Source: an uncultured Candidatus Poseidoniales archaeon (lineage in GTDB: Archaea > Thermoplasmatota > Poseidoniia > Poseidoniales > Thalassarchaeaceae). From it: 64,000 nucleotides of DNA. The notes beneath the pieces were generated by a model, which saw only the letters and a list, made by a program, of their open reading frames with translations, was not told where the DNA came from and searched no databases. The stretch covers positions 7,512 to 71,511 of the forward strand of contig CAZMVZ010000003.1 in assembly GCA_964570065.1 (NCBI GenBank), in the 5' to 3' direction. Position numbers and translations under genes: made by a program. Shown here one piece after another: positions 55,513-64,000 of this stretch (its first letter is position 1; every line of letters begins with the position of its first letter).

Positions 55513-56307
55513 CTATACGGAAATGGGTGCTGATATGTGAGGATGGTGGTCATAGCCTTCGATAGTGATGTGCTCGTACGTGAATTCATCGATGCTGGAA
55601 ATAGCTGGGTCGAGTCGCAACGTCGGGAGCTCTAGTGGCTCCCTCACGATCTGCATCTTCGCCTGTTCCATGTGATTTAGATAGAGGTGACAGTCTCCTC
55701 CTGTCCAAACGAACTCACCCGGCTCCAGTCCGCATACTTGGGCAATCATGCAGGTAAGGAGGCTATACGATGATATGTTGAATGGCACTCCTAGGAAAGC
55801 ATCGGCACTCCTCTGATATAGATTGCATGACAACTTCCCCTCATTCACATAGAACTGGAAGAAGGCATGGCATGGCATCAGAGCCATCTCGTCTAATTCG
55901 CCTACATTCCATGCAGATACGATGATCCTTCTACTTCGAGGGTTGTTCTTAATCAGATCAATTGCGCCTTCGATTTGGTCAATGACCCTACCATCATTTG
56001 ACTCCCAGAATCTCCATTGCTTTCCGTAAACCGGCCCGAGATCACCATTTTCATCCGCCCACTCATTCCAGATTCTTACATTGTTCTCCTTCAGGTATGC
56101 TATATTGGTCTCGCCCGAGAGGAACCAAAGCAACTCATGTATTACACTGGGCCAGTGGACCTTCTTCGTGGTGATAGCTGGAAAACCCTCAGATAGATCG
56201 AACCTCATTTGATGCCCAAATACGGAAATTGTCCCAGTCCCAGTCCTATCTCCTTTGGCTGCGCCTTCATCAAGAATCCTCCTCAGTAGATCGAGATATT
56301 GCTCCAT
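55513..56307 (-). CDS. thyA: thymidylate synthase ThyA
   Basis: Matching blocks are [27 protein letters not shown], the [14 protein letters not shown] active-site Cys, and the length of 264 aa. Confidence 0.95.
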   Translation of the reverse strand: MEQYLDLLRRILDEGAAKGDRTGTGTISVFGHQMRFDLSEGFPAITTKKVHWPSVIHELLWFLSGETNIAYLKENNVRIWNEWADENGDLGPVYGKQWRFWESNDGRVIDQIEGAIDLIKNNPRSRRIIVSAWNVGELDEMALMPCHAFFQFYVNEGKLSCNLYQRSADAFLGVPFNISSYSLLTCMIAQVCGLEPGEFVWTGGDCHLYLNHMEQAKMQIVREPLELPTLRLDPAISSIDEFTYEHITIEGYDHHPHISAPISV

Positions 56308-56348
56308 GTACCATACCCGGTGCGAGCAGGTAGTCCATCAAGAATGCG

Positions 56349-57125
56349 CTAAGGGGCGCCCCTCATTTTCTGGGTCTCAATAAACTGGTCTGCGAATTTC
56401 CTGTAAAGGGACCTCATGGAATCCTGCCTCTGCTCGACTCCTTGATCCGCCATCTCCTCCACCCAGTTATCGTCTATTCCACCGCCTTCTGGGAGGTGTG
56501 CCCACTCAGCGAATGTTATGGGATCATCCACAATCAACTCGATCCTCTTCCATGGCTTGGGGAATTTACTTCCAGGTGGCATGAAGTCTCTCGCCCCAAT
56601 CGACATGGTAACAGGAACAACCGGGACATTGGGAAATCTCGCTGCAAGCCTTGCGAAACCAGTCTTTGCCGGCTGAAGCAGGGGGGGCGACTCTCTCCTG
56701 GATCTGGTTCCCTCTGGAAAAACTCCCAGACAACGTCCACTCTGAATCACATCCACTGCCCTAGCCAAGGCATCCCTCCCGCCATGTTCTCTGAAGGTCT
56801 CAATCTGTCCGGTCGAGATCATAACAAACCTGTTGGGTTGCCTTTCGAAATGCCCTTCCTTTGCCATGAAATGAATTGGCCTCTGGGATGCGAGGATCTT
56901 GATGAAAGGGTCCAGATTTCCCAGATGGTTGCCACAGAAAATTGCCGCTCCCTGCATCGGGACCTTGTGCGCCCCTCTGATATGCACATTTGTTATTGAC
57001 CTCAGTAGTGCAGGGACATACTTCTCAAGGAATCTGTAAATCGCGGGTGTAGAGAACCCCTCACCAGTTCCTTCTAGTCCGACCCAAGAAGAAATCTTCT
57101 CCAGCGACCCGTCGGAGAGACCCAT
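56349..57125 (-). CDS. plsC: lysophospholipid/1-acyl-sn-glycerol-3-phosphate acyltransferase family protein (PlsC-like)
   Basis: All four LPLAT blocks are present: FCGNHLGNLD (HX4D), HFMAKEGHF, VFPEGTRSR and VPVVPV. Confidence 0.8.
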   Translation of the reverse strand: MGLSDGSLEKISSWVGLEGTGEGFSTPAIYRFLEKYVPALLRSITNVHIRGAHKVPMQGAAIFCGNHLGNLDPFIKILASQRPIHFMAKEGHFERQPNRFVMISTGQIETFREHGGRDALARAVDVIQSGRCLGVFPEGTRSRRESPPLLQPAKTGFARLAARFPNVPVVPVTMSIGARDFMPPGSKFPKPWKRIELIVDDPITFAEWAHLPEGGGIDDNWVEEMADQGVEQRQDSMRSLYRKFADQFIETQKMRGAP

Positions 57126-57200
57126 GCCCCTCGCCAGTAGTACCCTGTTTCATAGTTTACAGTTGAATACGTTGAATAAGCAAAACTATCAGAGAGTGCC

Positions 57201-58325
57201 ATGGGGGGGAAATTGCAAACACTGCTAGTTTCTGCTTTGCTTTTCATACCACTTATTGCACCCTCAGTTGCAGGTGAATGGGGCACCGATACTTGGCTCT
57301 CAAGCGTAATTTCTGAAGAACGCCTGGCTAGCGGTGATGAGTTCGGATGCCAAGGCTATGAGGGCATAGTGACGACCGATGAGCCTTGGGTCATCGCTGC
57401 ATGCAAGGAATATCTGGAAGGGCAAACAAACGCCTCAAGATGGGGAAATAGCCCCATTTCATTCGGAATAGATTCAGATGTCATTACCGCCGAATTGGGA
57501 GCCTCTCTGAAAAATTCCGGATTCCAGATCGTAGGTGACATGGTCGAAGAGGCTCCCGAAGGCCTGTCTATTGCAATTAGGAATGGCGCCAGTCTGGAGA
57601 AGGGAGTAGCCGATAAAACACTGATTGAATCGGCTGAGGAGGACTCCCTCGTAAGCGTTCACTGGAGGGCTCGAATCGGTGATCTACGCGTTCGCGAGGA
57701 CAAGGATGTGATTTCTTGGATTGAGGAGCAACAGGTTTGGTTCACAACTTGGGGTGAGTGGCATAATCATAGAGAATCAGGGATCTCTACTACAGCGTCT
57801 GTGAATGGCTCTACAATTACTATCGATTCATCCCCCCAGCAACTGGGAACTCACACTTGGTCGGTTCCCGGTACTGTGATGATCGAATTCGAATCCACTG
57901 TGGCAGATGTGTCTGATTCCGAGGGTAAATCTCTGCCATTGCTAACTGGTACGGAACGTAAACTCGTTACTGGGTGGCGTCACGTTGAGGGGGGAATTAT
58001 AGTAACCCAAGACCCTCATTCAACGATAATTGTTGAACTGGAAAATAGTACTAATAATGTTGAAACTACTCCGATGGTCACATTCAACGACCTCGACTAT
58101 TCGATTACGATAGTCGGTCACCACACAACTAATCTTTTCAGGTGGACTCAGGATTTCTCTGGTACCGAACTAACCTTCACATGGTTGGTTGAGAGGCCAA
58201 CAGAAGACGTGGTGGGTTGGAAATTGCCCCTATTCGCTCTAACGATGCTCATTGCCGTTCCACTTTCGATAGTATTTCTACTTAGAAACGACCAATTCTG
58301 GGGATCTAGAGATCAGGACCACTGA
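57201..58325 (+). CDS. secreted/cell-surface protein with N-terminal signal peptide and C-terminal TM anchor, hypothetical
   Basis: It has a signal-like N-terminus (LLVSALLFIPLIAPSVAGEW) and a C-terminal helix (LPLFALTMLIAVPLSIVFLL) followed by RND. No PGF motif is present. Confidence 0.5.
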   Translation: MGGKLQTLLVSALLFIPLIAPSVAGEWGTDTWLSSVISEERLASGDEFGCQGYEGIVTTDEPWVIAACKEYLEGQTNASRWGNSPISFGIDSDVITAELGASLKNSGFQIVGDMVEEAPEGLSIAIRNGASLEKGVADKTLIESAEEDSLVSVHWRARIGDLRVREDKDVISWIEEQQVWFTTWGEWHNHRESGISTTASVNGSTITIDSSPQQLGTHTWSVPGTVMIEFESTVADVSDSEGKSLPLLTGTERKLVTGWRHVEGGIIVTQDPHSTIIVELENSTNNVETTPMVTFNDLDYSITIVGHHTTNLFRWTQDFSGTELTFTWLVERPTEDVVGWKLPLFALTMLIAVPLSIVFLLRNDQFWGSRDQDH

Positions 58326-59406
58326 TCAAAGGCCCTTCGATTTCCACGCCCTCACGAATCATTCGGGATACTATTCTCCCCACTGCTTCGGGAGGAAGTG
58401 CCTCGGGGGGGTGAACTCCTGGTGGAAGCATATTGGGATCGTTTAGCCACTCTTCAACACAGCATATTGTTACTAGGCCCGTGGCTCTAGCCATTGAATG
58501 CCCATCATCGCCACCGTGATCCTGCACACGCCAAGTCATTTTCTTCCCATTATGGTCCTCTGCAGTAACCTCCATCCAGGTGAACTCAGGTATTTTTTCG
58601 TTATACTGCCATTCGTTTGTTAGCATCTGAACGTCTATTTTCCCAGACTCTCTTTGATCAATGAACCTTTGGATGTGCCCTGGCCACCTAACGGTATACT
58701 CGGAAAGGTCAACAGCGGGAATTGTGGTTAGGACGCTCCTAAGCCCATCTGTCAGGAAGGCTTCCATCGTTCCTTTCTCGGGCACTTCTATCTCGTGCCT
58801 CTCAGAGAGTGCCGGCAACGTCACTAGCTCAGAATCTCTGATTACCCTCGCAGGCCTAGTATACTCAGCTACAACGTCAATTGGTGAAAATGGTGCCATG
58901 TAGTTCCAACCTTCGGTGGGACCCGTTGGATTGCCCCCGACTCTCACTTCTCCATTCTTCAAAGCCCCCATCTCACCGTAAGCCAATGAAAGAAGCATGT
59001 TGGATAGGCCAGGTGCAATGCCTGTATCCCACAGGATTGTTGCCCCGTATTCCTTAGCCTTCTCATCATCCCTGTCCGGTGTGAACTCGCTGAAACTTAG
59101 GTCAACGGTTCTCCATGGCAACTCTGCAAGTGATGTTGTGCTTGAATGCCCTATGTCCCCAGGTAGCATATTGACCACAATGTCACTATTCGGTTCGAAT
59201 GTAATGCCTTCCCGCGAGTATACTAGTTCCAGCATCAGATCTATCGGGTCTTCATCTGGCTCTAGATGATGAATTTCGATTCCGGGAATCCCCATAACAC
59301 GATGTGGCTGGGGGTCATAGGCATGGACAGTAAAACCCGACTCTGCAAACTTCCTAGCTACATAGGAACCCACTAGTCCAACCCCGAAGCAGTGTATGAC
59401 GGCCAC
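58306..59406 (-). CDS. saccharopine dehydrogenase-family NAD(P)-dependent oxidoreductase
   Basis: It has an N-terminal Rossmann motif (VIHCFGVGLVGSYVARKF) and GIAPGLSNML, and is about 366 aa. The substrate is not inferable. Confidence 0.6.
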   Translation of the reverse strand: MAVIHCFGVGLVGSYVARKFAESGFTVHAYDPQPHRVMGIPGIEIHHLEPDEDPIDLMLELVYSREGITFEPNSDIVVNMLPGDIGHSSTTSLAELPWRTVDLSFSEFTPDRDDEKAKEYGATILWDTGIAPGLSNMLLSLAYGEMGALKNGEVRVGGNPTGPTEGWNYMAPFSPIDVVAEYTRPARVIRDSELVTLPALSERHEIEVPEKGTMEAFLTDGLRSVLTTIPAVDLSEYTVRWPGHIQRFIDQRESGKIDVQMLTNEWQYNEKIPEFTWMEVTAEDHNGKKMTWRVQDHGGDDGHSMARATGLVTICCVEEWLNDPNMLPPGVHPPEALPPEAVGRIVSRMIREGVEIEGPLISGPDL

Positions 59407-59484
59407 ACCTTTCGGGGTGCGGCGGTGTTATTCGTTGTAACTGTCCGCAAGTATTGGCACTACAATTAGCGATGCCTTGATTGG

Positions 59485-60888
59485 GTGCAATACATGCCGC
59501 ATTACATGGATAAGGCCGGAAGGATAGACCCATGGTCATCTGAGCAATCGACTGACTATGGCCGAATTGTCAGCCAGTTTGGGTTGTCTTCTGTTGATCA
59601 AGACTCCCTCCCAAATCCTGGGATGCTACATCGTAGAGGCATAGTTTTCGGCCACAGGGACCTCGATGTAGTAGTTGACTGCATGAGTGCCAGGGATCCA
59701 TTCGGAGTTCTTACCGGCCTGATGCCTAGTGGAAGGATGCACCTAGGGCATAGCATGGTAATTGATCAAGTTCGATGGTTTCAGGAGCAGGGTGCGGATG
59801 TCACAGTTGCTGTTGCTGACCTAGAGGCCCTTGCCACCCGTGGCACTTCACTTGCAGAGGGTCGTGAGACGGCATTACGTGAATATGTACTCAACTATGC
59901 CGCTTTGGGTCTTGATCCAGACAACACTAGTGTATACTTTCAGAGCTCTAGGCCAGCTGTTCAGAGGCTTGCCTTCACTTTAGGTCAGAGAACAAATCTT
60001 TCTGAATTCGAGGCGATTTACGGGTTTAATGGCGAGACAAATCTTGCTCACGTCCAAGCACCGCTCGTACAAGTCGGCGATATAGTACACCCGCAGATGG
60101 ATGAGTACGGCGGCCTGAGGCCAATCGTTGTTCCAGTAGGTGTTGACCAGGACCCACACCTGAGATTGACTAGGGACATTACTCAGAAGAGTAACTGGTT
60201 CAACGTAAAGCAAAGAAAGTCTGGAGGACTGACAGTCGCACTCTCTATTCAAGATGGTAATCGTTCAGATCTAGGAGTTACAGATTCAGGCAAGGTTGAC
60301 ATGGACTCGAGAAAGTCTATGATGGCAAATTTGGAATCTTCAATAATCGATCTCGGGTTCTCTGATGTAATATCGAACCCCAAGCACGGAACTATTGAGA
60401 TTCCCGCCGCAACGACTACTGACAAATTCCGAATTAGAATGAAACTGCTATCAATAGAGAGGAATATGGGTGGAATGGGTCTCTTGCCACCATGCTCAAC
60501 ATACCATAGATTTGCAGTTGGCATGACTGGTGATAAGATGTCATCTTCAAAACCAGAAAGTACGATTTTCATGGACGACGACGTAGGAGTGATGACGAAG
60601 AAGGTCAAGAGGGCGATTAGTGGCGGGCAACCTACGGTCGAGGAACATCGTAGGCACGGTGGTGATGTATCCAAGGACGTAGCCTTCCAATACTTGCAAT
60701 TCTTCTTTGAAGAAGATGACAATGCTTTGCAAGAGATTCAGGACGAATACGAAAGTGGAAGGTTACTGGCCGGAGAGATAAAGCAAATATGCATCGACAG
60801 CGCTACCGAATGGTTGTCCGAACTCGCAAAAAAGAGAATACAGTGGGAAGACAGAGTGGACGAGTTCCTCGCTCCAGATGCAATCTAG
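59485..60888 (+). CDS. trpS: tryptophanyl-tRNA synthetase (archaeal/eukaryotic type) with an insertion of about 100 aa before the KMSKS loop
   Basis: Matching blocks are IDPWSSEQSTDYGRIVSQFG, PSGRMHLGH (HIGH), VDQDPHLRLTRDI and KMSSSKP. The exact start among GTG 59485, ATG 59494 and ATG 59506 is uncertain. Confidence 0.8.
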   Translation: MQYMPHYMDKAGRIDPWSSEQSTDYGRIVSQFGLSSVDQDSLPNPGMLHRRGIVFGHRDLDVVVDCMSARDPFGVLTGLMPSGRMHLGHSMVIDQVRWFQEQGADVTVAVADLEALATRGTSLAEGRETALREYVLNYAALGLDPDNTSVYFQSSRPAVQRLAFTLGQRTNLSEFEAIYGFNGETNLAHVQAPLVQVGDIVHPQMDEYGGLRPIVVPVGVDQDPHLRLTRDITQKSNWFNVKQRKSGGLTVALSIQDGNRSDLGVTDSGKVDMDSRKSMMANLESSIIDLGFSDVISNPKHGTIEIPAATTTDKFRIRMKLLSIERNMGGMGLLPPCSTYHRFAVGMTGDKMSSSKPESTIFMDDDVGVMTKKVKRAISGGQPTVEEHRRHGGDVSKDVAFQYLQFFFEEDDNALQEIQDEYESGRLLAGEIKQICIDSATEWLSELAKKRIQWEDRVDEFLAPDAI

Positions 60889-61463
60889 CTTAGATCGAAT
60901 ACTGGGATCTCGGGCCCTGTTTCCAAGTCCCCACTCTCGGTATCATTCAATTCCCTTGATATCGCTTCACCATGGATAATCTGACTTCTTCCTCGAGGGT
61001 CAAGTAACTCTACACTGACCCTATCCTTGCCCTGCTTGACAAGTCGCAGTCTATCCAAGATTTTTTTCGCAATTTCTGTACCCATTCCGTCATCATCACC
61101 TCTAATGATAGTCTCGATAGCATTTTCGAATCGTTTTATCACTCCCTCTATGTTTGTCACGTATCCACTAGATGAACCACCAGGGGAGACCTCAAGGTCT
61201 AGCTCTGGTATTCTTATGGTACACGAAGATGACCTCACTACTCTCGCCATCGTCTTTTGGTCATTATCGACAACCAGAGACGAGAATCCAGGCTTTTGCC
61301 CGTCCGATGGAATGAAATCCGTGTGCTTCCAACCGCAAGATGAACATAAGACGGTGATCTGTGTATGTTCTCCGAAATATGGTATTTCAGAGTTCATCGC
61401 TAGCATGGTCAAAGTGTCACCTTCTGCACATTGTGGACAGGGCGCGTCTACCTCGCTCTGCAT
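60885..61463 (-). CDS. ZPR1-type zinc finger protein
   Basis: CPQC...IPYFGEHTQITVLCSSCGWKHTDF is followed by the ZPR1 A-domain-like region. Confidence 0.7.
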   Translation of the reverse strand: MQSEVDAPCPQCAEGDTLTMLAMNSEIPYFGEHTQITVLCSSCGWKHTDFIPSDGQKPGFSSLVVDNDQKTMARVVRSSSCTIRIPELDLEVSPGGSSSGYVTNIEGVIKRFENAIETIIRGDDDGMGTEIAKKILDRLRLVKQGKDRVSVELLDPRGRSQIIHGEAISRELNDTESGDLETGPEIPVFDLS

Positions 61464-61465
61464 GA

Positions 61466-61990
61466 TTACTTCACTCTCGCACTATCGAAAGTAGGGGGTA
61501 GTAGGAGCAGTCTTGCATTACCTAGACGTACTAACTGTCCACGCATGTCACCTTCCACAAACTCCTGGATTCTACCAACTGCCAATTGCAATTCCATATC
61601 CCTGGACATCAAATCAGTCATTTCTACGATTACGATATCTCCATCGGATATCCAATCCATTAGTTGAGCTATTCCAGTAACATCTTCCAGTAAGGCCCTA
61701 TGGACTATCACATCGCCCTGGGTTCGGGGAACAGGAGCATTCGGAAACTTCATTCCTAAGTCGTGATAAGGTTCACCAGGCTCAATACTACCGCTGCTCT
61801 GATCAGAAATACTTGGCATTTCGACCCATTTGGGGCCTTTGTCTTCGGAACGCACGCAGTTACGACATTCATTTGACGCTTCATACCTTCTACTTTGGCG
61901 GAATATATCCGCCCATTGTAATACATTTTCTCGCAGCCCCACCTCCCGTCGCATTGATAAGGGGTCGATTTTAGTGAATATCACTGGCAA
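61466..61990 (-). CDS. sepF: SepF-like cell division protein (DUF552), tentative
   Basis: The C-terminal core DWISDGDIVIVEMTDLMSRDMELQLAVGRIQEFVEGDMRGQLVRLGNARLLLLPPTF fits the SepF fold pattern. The start is uncertain (TTG 61990 or ATG 61954). Confidence 0.5.
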   Translation of the reverse strand: MPVIFTKIDPLSMRREVGLRENVLQWADIFRQSRRYEASNECRNCVRSEDKGPKWVEMPSISDQSSGSIEPGEPYHDLGMKFPNAPVPRTQGDVIVHRALLEDVTGIAQLMDWISDGDIVIVEMTDLMSRDMELQLAVGRIQEFVEGDMRGQLVRLGNARLLLLPPTFDSARVK

Positions 61991-61998
61991 CTCCGCCG

Positions 61999-62634
61999 GT
62001 GATTACTATGGACGCAACATCTACCCCAATCAAGACTGGCACCAGCACAGTTGGCATTACTTACGATGGTGGGGTAGTTGTTGGTGCAGACCACAGGGCA
62101 ACAATGGGACATTTCATCGCGAATAAATCCGTTCAAAAACTATTCAGGATATCTGACAACATTGCACTGACCACAGCAGGTCTTGTTGGACACGCCCAAT
62201 CCCTCTCAAGAGTTCTTGCAGCTGAGTTGAAGTTGTACGAACTAAAGAGGGATGCACCCATGACTGTTAAGGGAGCTGCGACATTCACTGCTAACATTCT
62301 CTCCGGCAGACCACACTACGTCCAGTTGCTAATTGTGGGTGTTGATCCCTCCGGTTCAAGCGTCTATAGTATCGACTCGGCTGGTGGATCTATCCCCGAT
62401 GTCTACTGTGCAACTGGATCAGGGAGCCCATACATGTACGGGGTACTGGAGGACCAATTCAAGGAGGGGATGTCCAAACATCAGGCTTTGTCCGTTGCCG
62501 CAAAGGCTCTCCTAGCATCTGCTCAGAGGGATGCAGCAAGTGGAAATGGCATGGATCTAGCCTTTATTACCAACGAAGATGGATTCACCCAACTATCTGA
62601 AGAGGAAGTCAGCGAGCTTCTCTCTTCACTTTGA
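61999..62634 (+). CDS. psmB: proteasome beta subunit
   Basis: A short propeptide is followed by TSTVGITYDGGVVVGADHRATMG. The likely true start is ATG 62008. Confidence 0.9.
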   Translation: MITMDATSTPIKTGTSTVGITYDGGVVVGADHRATMGHFIANKSVQKLFRISDNIALTTAGLVGHAQSLSRVLAAELKLYELKRDAPMTVKGAATFTANILSGRPHYVQLLIVGVDPSGSSVYSIDSAGGSIPDVYCATGSGSPYMYGVLEDQFKEGMSKHQALSVAAKALLASAQRDAASGNGMDLAFITNEDGFTQLSEEEVSELLSSL

Positions 62635-62693
62635 TCACATTCCCGGCCTAGCGCCGACTTGGCCTAGTTGCCTGTGGATAAGAGGAGAATACT

Positions 62694-64000
62694 ATGCGAT
62701 TGACCCTACCGGAGATTAAGAGGAAGATCTCCAAATTGATACCTGACGATATAGAATCAGAGGTGACCTTGGAAGCTGGATCCATTTCAATAATCACCAA
62801 ACAACCTGGACGATTCACTGGTGGTAGTGAAAGTCTTACGGTACGAATTGCCAAGACTATCAAAAGAAGGGTTGTTGTTAGGCCGCACCCAGATATTCTG
62901 GCCGACGATGCCGCAGTTCATGATGCAGTTAATCGGATTATTCCACCAGAGGCAAAGGTGAGGAACACATGGTTGGACCCTGCATTATCTGAGGTTATAC
63001 TGGAATGTGACGACCCATCTTCTGCAGTCGGCCCCAAGGGGGCCCATATCAATTCCCTGAGGGATGAGATTGGTTGGCTGGTTAAGGTTGAGCGTGCCCC
63101 TGCAAGGGAAAGCCGCACCCAACACGATATCCGCCGATACCGAAAGGAACTGGCCGATGAGCGGAAATCACTATTGAAGAAATTCGGAACTAGGATTTAT
63201 CGACCCCAAAGACCCGGGGAATCTTGGGTCCGGGTATCTGCACTGGGATCTTATAGGGAGGTCGGCAGAGCGATGCATCTTGTTACTACCAATGAGTCGA
63301 AGGTACTAGTTGATGTTGGTGCCAAACCAACAAATAACCAAAATGAGGTTCAACCATTCTTCTCTGCTCCCGAACTCCTTCCGCTTGACAATTTAGATGC
63401 CGTAGTTATCACCCATGCTCACGTGGATCACATAGGCATGCTCCCAGTTCTATTCAGGTACGGTTACAAGGGTCCTGTCTACTGTACTCCACCTACTCGT
63501 GATTTGATGACGCTACTTCAGATTGATTACATCAAAGTCTCCCAAGCGGAGGGAAACGAACCACCATACTCCAAGGCCGATATACAAGAATGCATTAAGC
63601 ACGTCGTAGATGTCAACTGGGGAGACAAAACAGATATCGCACCTGACGTCAAGATGACGATGGAGAATGCCGGGCACATACTCGGCTCGTCAAGTGTTTA
63701 CATGCAGATTGGAGAAGGCAAGTCAGAACACAGGCTTCTTTTCTCAGGAGATATCAAGTATGAGAAATCATGGCTGTTTGATGCGGCAACTGTTCGCTTT
63801 CCTAAGGTTGACACTCTGGTAATAGAATCCACTTACGGAAGCCCTCAGAGCATCCAACCTACTAGACAGCAAGCTAGCCAGGAGTTACAGGATCTTGTCA
63901 CTGATACCTTGAACAGGAAGGGCAAGATTTTCTGCCCGGTGTTCGCCGTGGGTAGATCCCAGGAGGTGATGTTAGCAATTGACGAGCTCTTCAAGTCCGG
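62694..64000 (+). CDS. aCPSF1/FttA: KH-domain beta-CASP metallo-beta-lactamase ribonuclease (3' end outside window)
   Basis: My manual translation from ATG 62694 shows two N-terminal KH-like modules (AVGPKGAHINSLRDEIGW). These are followed by VLVDVGAKP and HAHVDHIGMLP (HxHxDH). The frame stays open to the window end and is absent from the ORF track because it has no stop. Confidence 0.85.
   Translation, partial: MRLTLPEIKRKISKLIPDDIESEVTLEAGSISIITKQPGRFTGGSESLTVRIAKTIKRRVVVRPHPDILADDAAVHDAVNRIIPPEAKVRNTWLDPALSEVILECDDPSSAVGPKGAHINSLRDEIGWLVKVERAPARESRTQHDIRRYRKELADERKSLLKKFGTRIYRPQRPGESWVRVSALGSYREVGRAMHLVTTNESKVLVDVGAKPTNNQNEVQPFFSAPELLPLDNLDAVVITHAHVDHIGMLPVLFRYGYKGPVYCTPPTRDLMTLLQIDYIKVSQAEGNEPPYSKADIQECIKHVVDVNWGDKTDIAPDVKMTMENAGHILGSSSVYMQIGEGKSEHRLLFSGDIKYEKSWLFDAATVRFPKVDTLVIESTYGSPQSIQPTRQQASQELQDLVTDTLNRKGKIFCPVFAVGRSQEVMLAIDELFKS

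Noticed and set aside
57201-58325. The C-terminal TM anchor of the secreted protein (KLPLFALTMLIAVPLSIVFLLRND) as a possible archaeosortase substrate.
   Set aside because: It has no PGF (or other known archaeosortase tripartite) motif before the helix, and 14 residues follow the helix. It is more consistent with an ordinary type-I membrane anchor.
1-64000. CRISPR arrays, IS elements, integrases, toxin-antitoxin or defence islands, long direct or inverted nucleotide repeats, and inteins in the large proteins (Lhr, RFC, aEF-2, MetRS).
   Set aside because: I could not see any by eye. Gene content is continuous housekeeping with no transposase or recombinase motifs. The Cys clusters in MetRS and GlyRS are normal zinc knuckles. 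A computational repeat search would be needed to exclude short dispersed repeats.

Overview
This is a very gene-dense archaeal chromosomal segment with about 65 protein genes on both strands. I could not recognise any rRNA, tRNA, CRISPR array, IS element or integrase by eye. The archaeal assignment rests on the proteasome/exosome superoperon (psmA, SBDS, rrp4, rrp41, rrp42, L37Ae, Pcc1-like, prefoldin beta). It is also supported by S12-S7-aEF2, SRP54, RFC large subunit, PriS primase, TiaS, TrmY, isopentenyl phosphate kinase, an archaeosortase, SepF, proteasome beta and aCPSF1/FttA (truncated at the 3' end). Five aminoacyl-tRNA synthetases are present (Gly, Pro, Met and Trp, plus the tRNA modifiers). 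Metabolic genes include TrkAH, purB, thyA-folA, coaBC, split transketolase, a partial futalosine (mqn) cluster, a UbiD-family decarboxylase, an IDI-GGPP synthase fusion, and bacterial-type thiolase and PlsC-like acyltransferase genes. The mix of archaeal information-processing genes with bacterial-type lipid and acyl genes, plus extreme compaction, suggests a streamlined planktonic euryarchaeote (Marine Group II/Thermoplasmatota-like); this is inference only. Most of the window is housekeeping. The items most worth follow-up are:
1. A half-size homologue of eukaryotic deoxyhypusine hydroxylase, ATGA-coupled to mqnD.
2. An unannotated 41-codon ORF that is essentially a bare PGF-CTERM archaeosortase sorting signal.
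3. A 1765-aa Lhr helicase carrying what looks like two tandem AlkZ/YcaQ-sized winged-helix/barrel modules.
4. A UbiD-TPR-Nudix operon.
5. A type-1 IDI fused to GGPP synthase and coupled to IPK.
6. A genome architecture in which every convergent gene pair abuts or overlaps, five of them through palindromic CTAG/TTAA double stops.
Many ORF-track starts are over-extended; I give corrected starts where conserved N-termini and neighbouring genes allow it.
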